Below are positions 9,468 to 19,700 of a stretch of DNA of 64,000 bases, piece by piece. The notes beneath the pieces were generated by a model, which saw only the letters and a list, made by a program, of their open reading frames with translations, had not been told where the DNA came from and searched no databases. This stretch comes from Candidatus Omnitrophota bacterium (lineage in GTDB: Bacteria; Omnitrophota; Gorgyraeia; Gygaellales; Profunditerraquicolaceae), in NCBI GenBank assembly GCA_041662125.1, contig JBAZTA010000005.1:52978-116977 (forward strand). Direction: 5' to 3'. Positions within the stretch are counted from its first letter, which is position 1; each line of letters starts with the position of its first letter. Position numbers and translations under genes: made by a program.

Positions 9468-10415
9468 ATGAAAGCTAATGCGGGGAGAATGAATAATAGG
9501 GATTTTAGCGTGGGAATAATGGCTTTTAATGAAGAGAATGCTTTGCCTTTGTTATTCGACGATTTATTGCTGCAGAAGCTTGAGAAATTTTCCATGCGTG
9601 AGGTTATTGTCGTCGCCAGCGGCTGTACCGATAATACTCAGTTGATGGCCGAAGAAGCTAAACGTAAATATCCGAATGTTAAGTTGATTATACAGAGCCA
9701 AAGGGAAGGAAAGGCGTCTGCAGTTAAGTTGTTCCTTAAGGCGGCAGAGAGTGGTTTATTGGTGTTAGTGAGCGCGGATGTAAGGGTTTCTGAAGGTAGT
9801 TTAGAAAGGCTGCTTATTCCATTATTAGAAGATAGTGTGGGGATGACGGTAGGGCGCGCGATGCCGGTTAATTCTCAAGACAGCTTTATCGGCTTTAGCG
9901 TTAATTATCTCTGGCATATGCATCATCAAATGTCATTGGTGCGCCCGAAAGCATCTGAAATCCTGGCTATGAGAAATTGCGTAAAGCATATAGATATTCA
10001 AACGGCTGTTGATGATTCTTATCTTGAGGCAATGTTAAGTAAGCAGGGGTTGGCAATAAAATATGTTTCCGGGGCAGTCGTTTATAATAAAGGCCCTGAG
10101 ACTCTTGCTGAATTTTTTTGCCAGCGGGAAAGGATATACACTGGCCATTTGTGGCTGAGAAGCAAGCTTAATTATTCGGTTGTTTCCATAGATTATCATC
10201 TGCTTATTAAATTGCTCTTAGCTGATTTAAAAATAAGGCAAAAACATTTTTTTTGGAAGATAGGCGTAGTATTGCTGGAAATGACAGCGCGTATAAACGC
10301 AATAATCAAATTTTCTTTATTTTCCTATAACCCATTTGTCTGGAAATCGTTAAGAAGCACTAAAACAGCTATTTATTTCAATGATTGCGGCTTGCCTGAA
10401 AACAATAAAATTTAA
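9468..10415 (+). CDS. Family 2 glycosyltransferase
   Basis: GT2 N-terminal pattern FSVGIMAFNEENALPLLFDDLL, VIVVASGCTDNT, acidic SAD motif. Confidence 0.75.
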   Translation: MKANAGRMNNRDFSVGIMAFNEENALPLLFDDLLLQKLEKFSMREVIVVASGCTDNTQLMAEEAKRKYPNVKLIIQSQREGKASAVKLFLKAAESGLLVLVSADVRVSEGSLERLLIPLLEDSVGMTVGRAMPVNSQDSFIGFSVNYLWHMHHQMSLVRPKASEILAMRNCVKHIDIQTAVDDSYLEAMLSKQGLAIKYVSGAVVYNKGPETLAEFFCQRERIYTGHLWLRSKLNYSVVSIDYHLLIKLLLADLKIRQKHFFWKIGVVLLEMTARINAIIKFSLFSYNPFVWKSLRSTKTAIYFNDCGLPENNKI

Positions 10416-11436
10416 TTTCAAGAATAAACGCTTTTTAAGTCAAGCGCTGCCATTAAGCCTTACATTTAACCTTACTTCCCTATGCCCCTTAAAGTGCAAG
10501 ACATGCAATATATGGAAATCAGAGCCTCATGCCGAATTGTCTTTAGAACAGTACGAGAAAATTTTCGTTTCAATTAATACCCCTATTGAGTGGATCGTTA
10601 TAACCGGAGGAGAGCCGTTTTTAAGGGCGGATTTAGATAAGATTGTCGCCGGCATTATAAAATATCTTAAACCTAAGTTTATAAATATAGCCAGTTGTGG
10701 TTATTATCCGGAGCTCAGCGTTTTGAAAACACAAAATATCCTTTCTCTATCCGGCAATTGCAGAATAAAAGTTAATTTGTCCATTGACGGGATAGAAGGC
10801 CAGCATGACTATATAAGAGGCACAGACGGCAGTTATGTTAATGTGGTTAGGACTTTTAAGCTGCTGAAGGGATTAAAACACAAAAATCTTTCGCTTGGGA
10901 TAAACACTGTTATCTCCAAATATAATATAGGAAGTTTGCGTCAGCTCTCTGACAAAATCGCTCAGCTGTTACCTTCATCTCATTTCTTTGAATTTGCGCA
11001 AAAGAGGGAGGAACTAAAGAATTCAGGCATGGATTTCTTAGCATCAGAAGAAGCCAGCATCAACTGGTTAAAAAAAGAGGCATGCTTGAGCAAAAATATT
11101 AAAAATTCATTTATTGTAGATTTATTGAGAGCTGCTTATTATAAATACTTGTTGCTCATATTTCAGGGAAGGGCTATTCCTTTGGGTTGTTTTTCCGGGT
11201 ATGCTTTTGGGCATGTATCTCCGGAAGGCATGGTATATAATTGCTGTGTCAGGCAGGATCCTTTAGGGGATTTAAAAGAAGTAAATTACGATTTCAAGAA
11301 AATCTGGTTTTCTGATGTAAAAAAAAGTATATCTGAACAAATAAACCGGGAAAAGTGCAGCTGCAGTTCAGTAAGCAGTTTTTATATTAATTTGTTATGT
11401 AGTTTGGCAAGGATATATTCTCTCTTTCTCGCATAA
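10381..11436 (+). CDS. Radical SAM enzyme with C-terminal SPASM/twitch-like Cys-rich domain
   Basis: CPLKCKTCNIW (CX3CX2C), ITGGEPFLRAD (SAM-binding GGE motif). C-terminal cysteines (GCFSGY..., NCCVRQD, CSCSS). 35-nt overlap with the upstream GT2. Confidence 0.75.
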   Translation: MIAACLKTIKFNFKNKRFLSQALPLSLTFNLTSLCPLKCKTCNIWKSEPHAELSLEQYEKIFVSINTPIEWIVITGGEPFLRADLDKIVAGIIKYLKPKFINIASCGYYPELSVLKTQNILSLSGNCRIKVNLSIDGIEGQHDYIRGTDGSYVNVVRTFKLLKGLKHKNLSLGINTVISKYNIGSLRQLSDKIAQLLPSSHFFEFAQKREELKNSGMDFLASEEASINWLKKEACLSKNIKNSFIVDLLRAAYYKYLLLIFQGRAIPLGCFSGYAFGHVSPEGMVYNCCVRQDPLGDLKEVNYDFKKIWFSDVKKSISEQINREKCSCSSVSSFYINLLCSLARIYSLFLA

Positions 11437-11479
11437 ACCTGATTTTATGGATTAAGTTTTTTAATAATTCAATGTAATT

Positions 11480-12445
11480 ATGAGATGTTTAATTACCGGG
11501 GCAACAGGTTTTATCGGCAGGCAGTTGGCCGTCAGATTAATTTCTAAAGGGCATATCGTAAGGCTGCTTTTACGCGGGAAGGATAAATTACCTCCTGAGT
11601 TTGACCAGCGGGATATTCGGATAGGCGATATAACTGTTCGCGAAAGCCTGGAAGGCATGTGTGATAGTATTGATGTGGTTTTTCATTGCGCGGGGTTATT
11701 AGGAGGATTTAGTGTCCCTAAACTGGAATATTCCCGGGTAAATGTTTCCGGGACACAGAATGTTATTAAAGAAGCTAAAAAGGCAGCGGTTAAGAAGTTC
11801 GTGTTTATTAGTTCTGCCGGTGTGATCGGCCCTACCGGAGATCTGCCTGCCCATGAAGGATCGCCATGTTTTCCTTCTAATGATTATGAAAGATCTAAAC
11901 TTTTGGCTGAGCGCTTGGTTGTTGAAAGCGGGTTGAATTATGTGATAATAAGGCCTGAGTTTGTTTATGGAAAAGAAGATCTACATGTTTTAGAGTTGTT
12001 CAGGGCAATTCAAAAACGCCGGTTTCTTATTATTGGAAGCGGCAGTTCTATTTTACACCCCACCTATATAGATGATCTCATAACCGCTCTTACGCTGTGT
12101 TTAGCTGAAAACGTAAAGAATCAAATATATCTTATTGCGGGGCCTGAGCATGTTACCGTTAAAGAATTTACTCAGTCTATCGCAACCATGGTTGGAGCTC
12201 ATTTATTGAATTTTAAAGTTCCTGTGTGGCTGGCTATGATATTGGCTGGGGTTAATGAATCCTTCGCGCACTTATTAGGTAGAGAGCCTCTTGTTACTTT
12301 TCAGAGGGTAAATTTTTTTACCAAAAGCCGGGCGTTTAATACATCTAAGTCAGCGTTAAGTCTATTATTTCGACCGCGGGTAAAACTTCAGGAAGGGTTG
12401 ATAGAGACAATTAAGTTTTATAGGAGCAGGGGGTATTTGAAGTAA
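11480..12445 (+). CDS. NAD-dependent sugar epimerase/dehydratase (extended SDR family)
   Basis: N-terminal MRCLITGATGFIGRQLAVRL (GxxGxxG Rossmann). Length 321 aa. Confidence 0.85.
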   Translation: MRCLITGATGFIGRQLAVRLISKGHIVRLLLRGKDKLPPEFDQRDIRIGDITVRESLEGMCDSIDVVFHCAGLLGGFSVPKLEYSRVNVSGTQNVIKEAKKAAVKKFVFISSAGVIGPTGDLPAHEGSPCFPSNDYERSKLLAERLVVESGLNYVIIRPEFVYGKEDLHVLELFRAIQKRRFLIIGSGSSILHPTYIDDLITALTLCLAENVKNQIYLIAGPEHVTVKEFTQSIATMVGAHLLNFKVPVWLAMILAGVNESFAHLLGREPLVTFQRVNFFTKSRAFNTSKSALSLLFRPRVKLQEGLIETIKFYRSRGYLK

Positions 12446-13617
12446 TGGAAAAAAGAAGCGTGATGATTTTAGACGGTAATACCAGGCAGACGCTTGCCTT
12501 AGCAAGGATCTTTGGCAAAAGGGGAATAAAAGTAATTATCGGCGGGTATTCTCGTTTGAGCAGGGCATTGTATTCCAAGTATTGCGCAGGGTTTTTTCTC
12601 TATCCGGCTACTGGTAATACCTCGGATATGCATCGGGTAATATTAAATAATGTGAAACGCTTTAAGCCGGATGTATTGGTGCCGGTATTAGATAGGACGT
12701 ATGCAATTGTCCTGTCGAATATTGATGACTATAAAGCATACACACATATTATTCCTTTACCGGATCTCGATACTTTTATGATAATGCTGGATAAACAGAA
12801 GGTGGTAGAGTTTGCTTTAAAATCTAATGTATCAGTGCCAAAAACCTTGTTTTATTCAGGTGCCGGGAATATTGACGAGATAAGCAGGGTGGTTGATTAT
12901 CCGGTTATTGTGAAACCTCGGTTTTCATGCGGAGGGTATGGCATGTGTATGGCTGAATCCGCCGCAGATCTGAAAGAAAAGTCTGTTGAAATGGTAAGAA
13001 AATATAATAGGAACAATATGCCTCCTGAAATTTTCTTTAATAATTCCTCATGCCTTATCCAGGAACACGTAAAAGGCAAGGTGGTGAATTTTATCGCGTA
13101 TTGCCAGGATTCTCTTGCTGTCGCATGCATTATGACAGAGACATTGGCAAATTATCCCCTTCCGTTTGGGCCGGCGTTGTCTGTGCGTAATATTAAGAAT
13201 GACGCTGTAAAAGATATTTCTTTTAAGCTCTGCCGGCTCCTCAAGTGGAATGGGTTGATCGGGTTTGAATATATTATTTCTGATACGGATACTACTCCTC
13301 AATTGATCGATGTGCATCCAAGAATCTATGGATCCATCGAGCATGCCGTTGTTTCAGGAATAGATTTTCCCTATATGCTGTTTAAGAAAGCATTGAACGA
13401 GCAGTTCGATCTGCCTGCTGATTACCAGGAAGGCAGGGAATTCCAATGGCTTATTACCGGTAAATTAATTAATTCTTTTAAAACAGGCGCATGTTTTGAG
13501 GCGATAAAATATTACTATAAAAGAAGGCATGTGCCCAATGAAGTATCATTCTCTGATTTTATGCCGCATCTTATTCATGTCGCATGCTTGCTCAAGAGCG
13601 GAAAAGATATGAGATGA
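12445..13617 (+). CDS. ATP-grasp domain ligase
   Basis: VIVKPRFSCGGYGMCMAESAADL (ATP-grasp phosphate-binding region). Size ~390 aa. Start overlaps upstream stop (TAATG). Confidence 0.7.
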   Translation: MEKRSVMILDGNTRQTLALARIFGKRGIKVIIGGYSRLSRALYSKYCAGFFLYPATGNTSDMHRVILNNVKRFKPDVLVPVLDRTYAIVLSNIDDYKAYTHIIPLPDLDTFMIMLDKQKVVEFALKSNVSVPKTLFYSGAGNIDEISRVVDYPVIVKPRFSCGGYGMCMAESAADLKEKSVEMVRKYNRNNMPPEIFFNNSSCLIQEHVKGKVVNFIAYCQDSLAVACIMTETLANYPLPFGPALSVRNIKNDAVKDISFKLCRLLKWNGLIGFEYIISDTDTTPQLIDVHPRIYGSIEHAVVSGIDFPYMLFKKALNEQFDLPADYQEGREFQWLITGKLINSFKTGACFEAIKYYYKRRHVPNEVSFSDFMPHLIHVACLLKSGKDMR

Positions 13618-13638
13618 AAATCTTACAAGGGACTTTAA

Positions 13639-14922
13639 ATGCAAGTTGATGTCCGGTATAATAATGATAATTTCTTAAATGATGGTGAAGGCCAGTTAGA
13701 TAATCCTGTCCCAAAAGTCGCCGTAACTGTGGAAGATAGCCGGTCAGGATTTTCGGGGTGGTTAGTTATTGACAGTATGATCAAGGAAGTTTCATGCGGC
13801 GGGCTTCGTGTTTATCCGGGGGTAAGCGCTGAGGAAATAAAGAGATTGGCGCGCACGATGACTTTGAAGTATGGTTTTAGCGGCATGGCAGTCGGCGGGG
13901 CAAAGGCAGGTATCAGGATTGAATCAGCGAATATAGATGCTTTGACTAAACGCAGATTACTGGGATCTTTTGGAAAGCAGATATTTTCGTTCTTGAACGA
14001 AGGTAAATATATAGCCGGTTCTGACCTTAATACCAGCCAGGTTGAGATTAATTCCATGCTTAAAGATATAGGGATTCGCTTGCCGTTGTACCGGCGTAAG
14101 ACAGGGAAGCGCTCAGGTTTTTTTACCGCTTTATCCGTTATGGTTTCTCTTGAAGCGGCAGCTTCGTTTATGCGTATGAATTTGTCAAATTCGTGCTTAG
14201 CTGTTGAAGGCTTTGGTGAAGTTGGAAGCGCTTTGTGCTGGCTTATGTCAAAAAAGAAAGGCGTAAGAATTGCCGCGATCTCTACAACAGCCGGAGCATT
14301 ATATAATCCTGACGGTTTAGATATTGATGTTTTGCTTCAATTACGGCAAAAATTCGGCAGCGACCTGATTTTTAATTATGGTGATGCGGAAGTCTTAACA
14401 AAAGAGGAACTTTTTGGGTTAGATGTTGATATTTTATCCCCTTGTGCTGTGCAACATTCGATTAATGATGGCAATGCTTTTGCTGTTAAAGCTAAGATCA
14501 TATCCGCAGGGGCAAATATTCCTGTGACTTACAGCGCAGAAAAGGCCCTTTTTAAGAAAGGAGTGGTCATAATCCCTCATTTTATAGCTAATTGCGGAGG
14601 GGTGATCGGCAATAAGCTGGAGGTTGCCGGTTTGTCCGATACTTATATTGAAAATTTCCTCAGGAGCAAGAATTCTCATAGGATCATCTCGCTGCTGGAA
14701 AAGTCGCGTTTAACGAACAAAGAGCCGGTTTTTATCGCGGAAGATTATTCGCTCAGGCAGTTTGAAATAATGAGAGTTTTGGCAGAGCGTAAAAGCCTGA
14801 AAAGTACCCTGCGGCAGTCTTTAGTCGCTTGCTTGCATAATGGGGTAATTCCTGCAAAATTATCAGCGATCATTTCGCCGTTTTATTTTGAACGTTATTT
14901 CAGGAATGATATTCGATTTTAA
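13639..14922 (+). CDS. Glu/Leu/Phe/Val-type amino-acid dehydrogenase family protein
   Basis: CGGLRVYPGVSAEEIKRLARTMTLKYGFSGMAVGGAKAGI matches the GDH-family active-site region (GG-R...MT-K...GG-K-G). Second Rossmann GxGxxG at EGFGEVGSAL. Confidence 0.7.
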   Translation: MQVDVRYNNDNFLNDGEGQLDNPVPKVAVTVEDSRSGFSGWLVIDSMIKEVSCGGLRVYPGVSAEEIKRLARTMTLKYGFSGMAVGGAKAGIRIESANIDALTKRRLLGSFGKQIFSFLNEGKYIAGSDLNTSQVEINSMLKDIGIRLPLYRRKTGKRSGFFTALSVMVSLEAAASFMRMNLSNSCLAVEGFGEVGSALCWLMSKKKGVRIAAISTTAGALYNPDGLDIDVLLQLRQKFGSDLIFNYGDAEVLTKEELFGLDVDILSPCAVQHSINDGNAFAVKAKIISAGANIPVTYSAEKALFKKGVVIIPHFIANCGGVIGNKLEVAGLSDTYIENFLRSKNSHRIISLLEKSRLTNKEPVFIAEDYSLRQFEIMRVLAERKSLKSTLRQSLVACLHNGVIPAKLSAIISPFYFERYFRNDIRF

Positions 14923-14966
14923 AGCAGTTTTTCCTGTATAAAGAATTCCTAAAAAGGGGAGCGGTA

Positions 14967-16673
14967 ATGCCTGTATATATCCTGGGAATCGCGGTATATC
15001 AGCGGGATTCATCGGCGGCTTTATTAAAAGACGGTGAGTTGCTCTGTTGTTTTGAAGAGGACAAAGTAAAGGGGATAAAACAAAAGCGGTTGTTCCCGGA
15101 AAATGCCGTAAAATTAAGCCTTGAGTTTGCCGGAATATCTATTATGGATATTTCCTTTATCATGGTTAATCACAGCCCCGCTGAAGGTTTTTGCCCTGAA
15201 TATCTCCGCCATTTCATCAATCCGCGGTTATTTAAACATCTGTTAGACAGGGCAGTGTATTTCGGTTCATTCTATCAGCTTTTGAAAAACGATCTTACCC
15301 GGATCTTTCCTGCGGAAATAAAATGTATACTGCCGAAGATAAAATTCTTGAGCCATCATTTAGCGCACGCTGCGAGCTCATATTTCCTGTCCCCTTTTGA
15401 TGATGCTGCCATTTTTACGGCAGATGGTTGTGGCGAGAGTACTTCAGTCATGTACGCGAGAGCCAAAGGCCCGGTTATTACCAAGATAAAGGAACTAAAA
15501 TTTCCGTATTCTTTGGGCAGTTTATATTCAGCAATGACTGAATACCTGGGTTTTAAACCTAATTCTGATGAAGGTACGGTGATGGCGTTGGCATCGTATG
15601 GTGATGATTCCTTGTATAATAGTTTTAAAAAAATCATTTTTCTAAAAGAAAACGGCACTTTGGGTATCGATCCCGGTTATTTCAGCTTTTATAACGAAGC
15701 GGGGAGAAAATGGACGAAAAAACTTTGCCGCGAACTCGGGCCATGCCGCGCCAAAGACGGGATCATTACGAAGCAGCATATGAATATTGCCGGAGCCCTT
15801 CAGCATGAACTGGAAGATACGGTAATTTTAATGCTGCAGTATCTTAAGAATCAAACAGGTAGCGATAATCTTTGCCTTGCCGGAGGAGTTTTTCTTAATT
15901 GCACGCTGAATAGTATTATAAAGAAAAAAGGTATTTTCTCTCATGTGTTTATTCATCCCGCGGTTAATGATGCTGGCACTGCTTATGGAGCTGCTCTTTT
16001 TAAACATTATGAAATTAACGGGCTCGGTAAAAGAAATATTGAAAATGCCTGTTTTACCCCTTATTTGGGGACTGAATATGACGATAATGCTATTAAATCG
16101 GTTTTAGAGCGAAGCGAAGTAAATTTTAGCCTCAATAATAATGTGGTAAAAACCGGGGCGCGATTATTGGCTGAAGGAAAGATCATCGGCTGGTTTCAAG
16201 GCAGGTCAGAAACCGGGCCAAGAGCATTAGGAAACAGGAGCCTCTTGGCTAATCCTCTTCAGAAGGGCGTAAGGGACCATATAAATAGTAAGATAAAGAA
16301 CAGGGAATGGTTTAGGCCATTTGCTCCTTCGGTTTTGGCAGAATATGCTCACGATTACTTTGAAGGTAATTGTTCATCCGAATATATGTTATATTCTATA
16401 AAAGCCAAGGCTGATAAAATTGAACATGTCGGCGAGTGCTGCCATGTCGATGGCACCTGCCGCCTGCAAACGGTAACCAGGGAAAGTAATAATCTTTTTT
16501 ACGCACTTATAAAAGAATTCAATGCTTTAACCGGCTTGCCGATGCTGTTAAATACATCTCTCAATCTTAGAGGTAAACCAATAGTCAGTTCTCCTCAGCA
16601 GGCTGTTGAAATGTTTAAGCGGGTGCCTTTAGATGCGCTTATTATAGGTAATTACGTATTGATGAAGCGTTAA
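14967..16673 (+). CDS. Carbamoyltransferase, NodU/CmcH/TobZ family
   Basis: N-terminus MPVYILGIAVYQRDSSAALLKDGELLCCFEEDK matches the family consensus (ILG...HD/RDS-AAAL..DG...A..EER). Length 568 aa. GGGGAG RBS 6 nt upstream. Confidence 0.85.
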   Translation: MPVYILGIAVYQRDSSAALLKDGELLCCFEEDKVKGIKQKRLFPENAVKLSLEFAGISIMDISFIMVNHSPAEGFCPEYLRHFINPRLFKHLLDRAVYFGSFYQLLKNDLTRIFPAEIKCILPKIKFLSHHLAHAASSYFLSPFDDAAIFTADGCGESTSVMYARAKGPVITKIKELKFPYSLGSLYSAMTEYLGFKPNSDEGTVMALASYGDDSLYNSFKKIIFLKENGTLGIDPGYFSFYNEAGRKWTKKLCRELGPCRAKDGIITKQHMNIAGALQHELEDTVILMLQYLKNQTGSDNLCLAGGVFLNCTLNSIIKKKGIFSHVFIHPAVNDAGTAYGAALFKHYEINGLGKRNIENACFTPYLGTEYDDNAIKSVLERSEVNFSLNNNVVKTGARLLAEGKIIGWFQGRSETGPRALGNRSLLANPLQKGVRDHINSKIKNREWFRPFAPSVLAEYAHDYFEGNCSSEYMLYSIKAKADKIEHVGECCHVDGTCRLQTVTRESNNLFYALIKEFNALTGLPMLLNTSLNLRGKPIVSSPQQAVEMFKRVPLDALIIGNYVLMKR

Positions 16674-16702
16674 TAATTGAATTAATCAATTTTTTTAAAA
16701 GA

Positions 16703-19700
16703 ATGAGATTTAATTCCGTTTTCTTAATTGTGCTGATTTTTACTATACCATGCTGCTCGTTCGCTTCTTTAGAAGACGCAGAACAAATCGAGGCAATGGA
16801 AATCAATATAAATAATAAAGATAATTTGGCGTCGCTCAAAGGTTTACTCGATAATGATTCAGATATAATCAATTATTTTAAGGTAAGAGAAAAGCTTTTT
16901 TCGATTCCTTTCGATACTTTATCGGCGTTATCAGGCCAGTACAAAAGTGAGGACTCCTTTAGCAGATTGTTGAGGCATGTCTTAAGCCAAAGGGAAAAAA
17001 GCGGGCTATTCGTCTTGGATGAAGATATCTTGATCAATAATACGCCGTTACTTAACGGCTCGCCTTTCTATCCCGATTCAAAAAAGCCGTGGTTGATATC
17101 TTCCTTGTCTCCTGAAGCTGATCATCTTTACCTGACTAATTTAAAACTTAAATATACGCCATTGGATTTAAAATGCATTTCCGGCTCTTGGTGGGCGAAG
17201 GATGATATTCTCAAAAGCCCCCTTGCGGAGTTAGTTAAGTATAATAACTGCAATTATGAATCGTTGCTGCCGGTGGAAGATACAGCTGGGCCAAGTGAAT
17301 GCAGCTGGAAATATTCTTTAAAGAAAGATAAAATATCTCCATTTCTCGTGAATCTTGCAGAGGTGCGAAATTGGGTGAAAATTTATGAAGGAAGCAGGGT
17401 TAAGCCTCATGTGTTCCGGGATTCAGTTTTTATCAGGAATAGCAGCAGGTTGTTCTGCCTGGATATGAAAACCGGGCAGCTTCGTTGGTCATTGGGAAAT
17501 TTTGACGGGAAAGAGTATGAATTATATCAGGTGTTTGATCCGCCGTATCTGAATTATCTCGCTAATGATTTTATTTTGGAGGAGGGGATAGTTTATGCTG
17601 ATTTTCGAGGCAATTTTACGGCCATAGATGTGAAGAATGCATCAAGCGGAGTTGTCCTTTGGAAATGCAGCCTGGGAGAATACAGGATGTGTGTAAAACC
17701 TGTTTTATGTAAAGGCGTTATTGTTGCCGGTTTAATAAATTCCAGGGGGGAATTATGGTTTTGCGGGTTTTCAAAAGAAAAGGGGATCATCCTCTGGAGC
17801 AATTATATCGGTACTTCCGCTTATGCCGGTTCCTTATGCGCGCTTTCTATTTCTTCTCCTGGCCGGGTCATTATCGGGACTAATCACGGGATATTGTTCA
17901 GTTTAGATCCCGATAAGGGGATAGTAGAATGGATAAGAAAATATGACCGTAAGACCTTTGATTTATTACTCTATTGGCAAAAAGGGTTTTACTCGCAGTC
18001 CTTTAAAGAAGAAGGAATGCTTGCATTCGATACTGAATTCTTGGAATATAGTAACGGCGTTATCATTTATAAGCCTTTGGAATCAGATTATGTGTATTTA
18101 TTGGAAGCTGGCAGCGGCAAGTTGTTAAATAAGATACTTATCGATCCTGAGAATTACTATGTGCTGAGTGTTAAACCGGGTAAAATGATCCTTTTGGAAA
18201 AACCCGATGAAAAAGATAAAGAATATCGTATAAAAGTCATAGACATTAAATCCGGCATGGTTACCTATGTCCAGAAACTGAATAGTGGAAAGTTGCTGGG
18301 AGTTATTTATTTTCAGGATGATAGAATAGCTTTAAAGATAAACAGTAAGATCCACATCTTGAAGATTTCTGAAACTTCCCGCGGGCTAGAGTTTTATCGC
18401 GAATATGGCGGCTTTGCTGCTGAATACTGGCTTCTGTCTTTATATGGGAATAATGTGTTTTTATCCGATATGGAAAATTTATTGAGCGTTTCTTTGACAG
18501 TTAATAAAGAAAAAGAGGTTTTGAGCTTAAATAAAAACGCGGTGAACAATAGCGAGCTTATTTGCGCTGGCCTCAAGCAAGCCATTACTCATAATGCGCC
18601 TGCAGCGGCAATTAAAGTTTTGACAGAAAATGCCCATTGGTTAAGGGAGAATGGTTTTTCATCTGAGTTGCTGGGTATCCTTCAAGATGAACGAAATGCG
18701 CTTGGTTTGCCGCAGTGGGATGCTTTTGTTAAATTTTGCGCGCATAACTTTGGAAATATGAAAATAACGTATAGAGATATTAGTATCAGTTTTAACAATT
18801 TCCTGACAGCTATAGGGTTATTCGTTGAAAGAAAACCTTCAAATATGCCTCTTGAAAATAAGGGGGTTTCTCGGCTGAAGGATAAATATCAGGTGTCAGG
18901 GGAACAGTTGTTTATGCTGCCTGTTAAAAATATAAAGGGGAAGGTTCCGGATTTTTATCTGCTTTTAAATAACGATCAGCTGATCTGTGTAAGTGAGGCA
19001 GGGAAAATCATCTGGGCGAGATCCGTTTTTTATTGTCCAAGAAGCAGGATAATTGATAAAGCCGACAAAAGAACAGGCAGGATGTATATCGATTCAATAG
19101 AAGCTTATAAGTATGAAAATGTGGTAATAGTCAATGACCATGTTAATATTCTGGCTCTTGATATCTCAAGCGGCCAGGTGATATGGAGTATAAGCGACCA
19201 GGCGGATATTTTTTCTCATGAAGGGCAATATTATTCTTCGGAGTTTAAAAGTTTATATACGCCTTATTACGCTCATAAAGAATTTGTTGAAAAAACGATG
19301 TTGCTTCTGTGCGTTTATGGTGATGATATCGCTATAGTAAGAGGAAAAAGCATCAGCATTGTCGATCCGAAAACAGGGTTTTGCAGGCAAAGCAGTGATA
19401 TTCCTGTCAGTGGCGCAATACAAGCGCTTTCGGATAATAAGTTTCTATTTCTTTTGTCGTATCATTTGGACAAGCTTATCGTGTTGGATAAACAGTTACA
19501 CGTGGTCAAAATACACGATTTGGGCTTTATGCAGAAGGCGTTTCCTAAAAAAATGGTGTTTATCCAGGATTTTGTTGCTTTGCATGTTATCGATAAGATA
19601 CATTTAATAGACCCACGTGAAGGTTTAAAATATACGATTGATACGCAAGGTAACGCTTTTGAATCTATAGAAAATTATAATGGCAGGCTGCTCGTAATCT

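Noticed and set aside
10381-11436. Searched around every SPASM-type rSAM (10381, 21283, 39288, 41861, 43024) for a short RiPP precursor peptide ORF
   Set aside because: Flanking genes abut or overlap with no room for a peptide gene. The only small ORF in the array (45497-45913) is a two-TM membrane protein with a coiled-coil tail, not leader/core-like. Hence the glycan-tailoring interpretation. Remains unproven.
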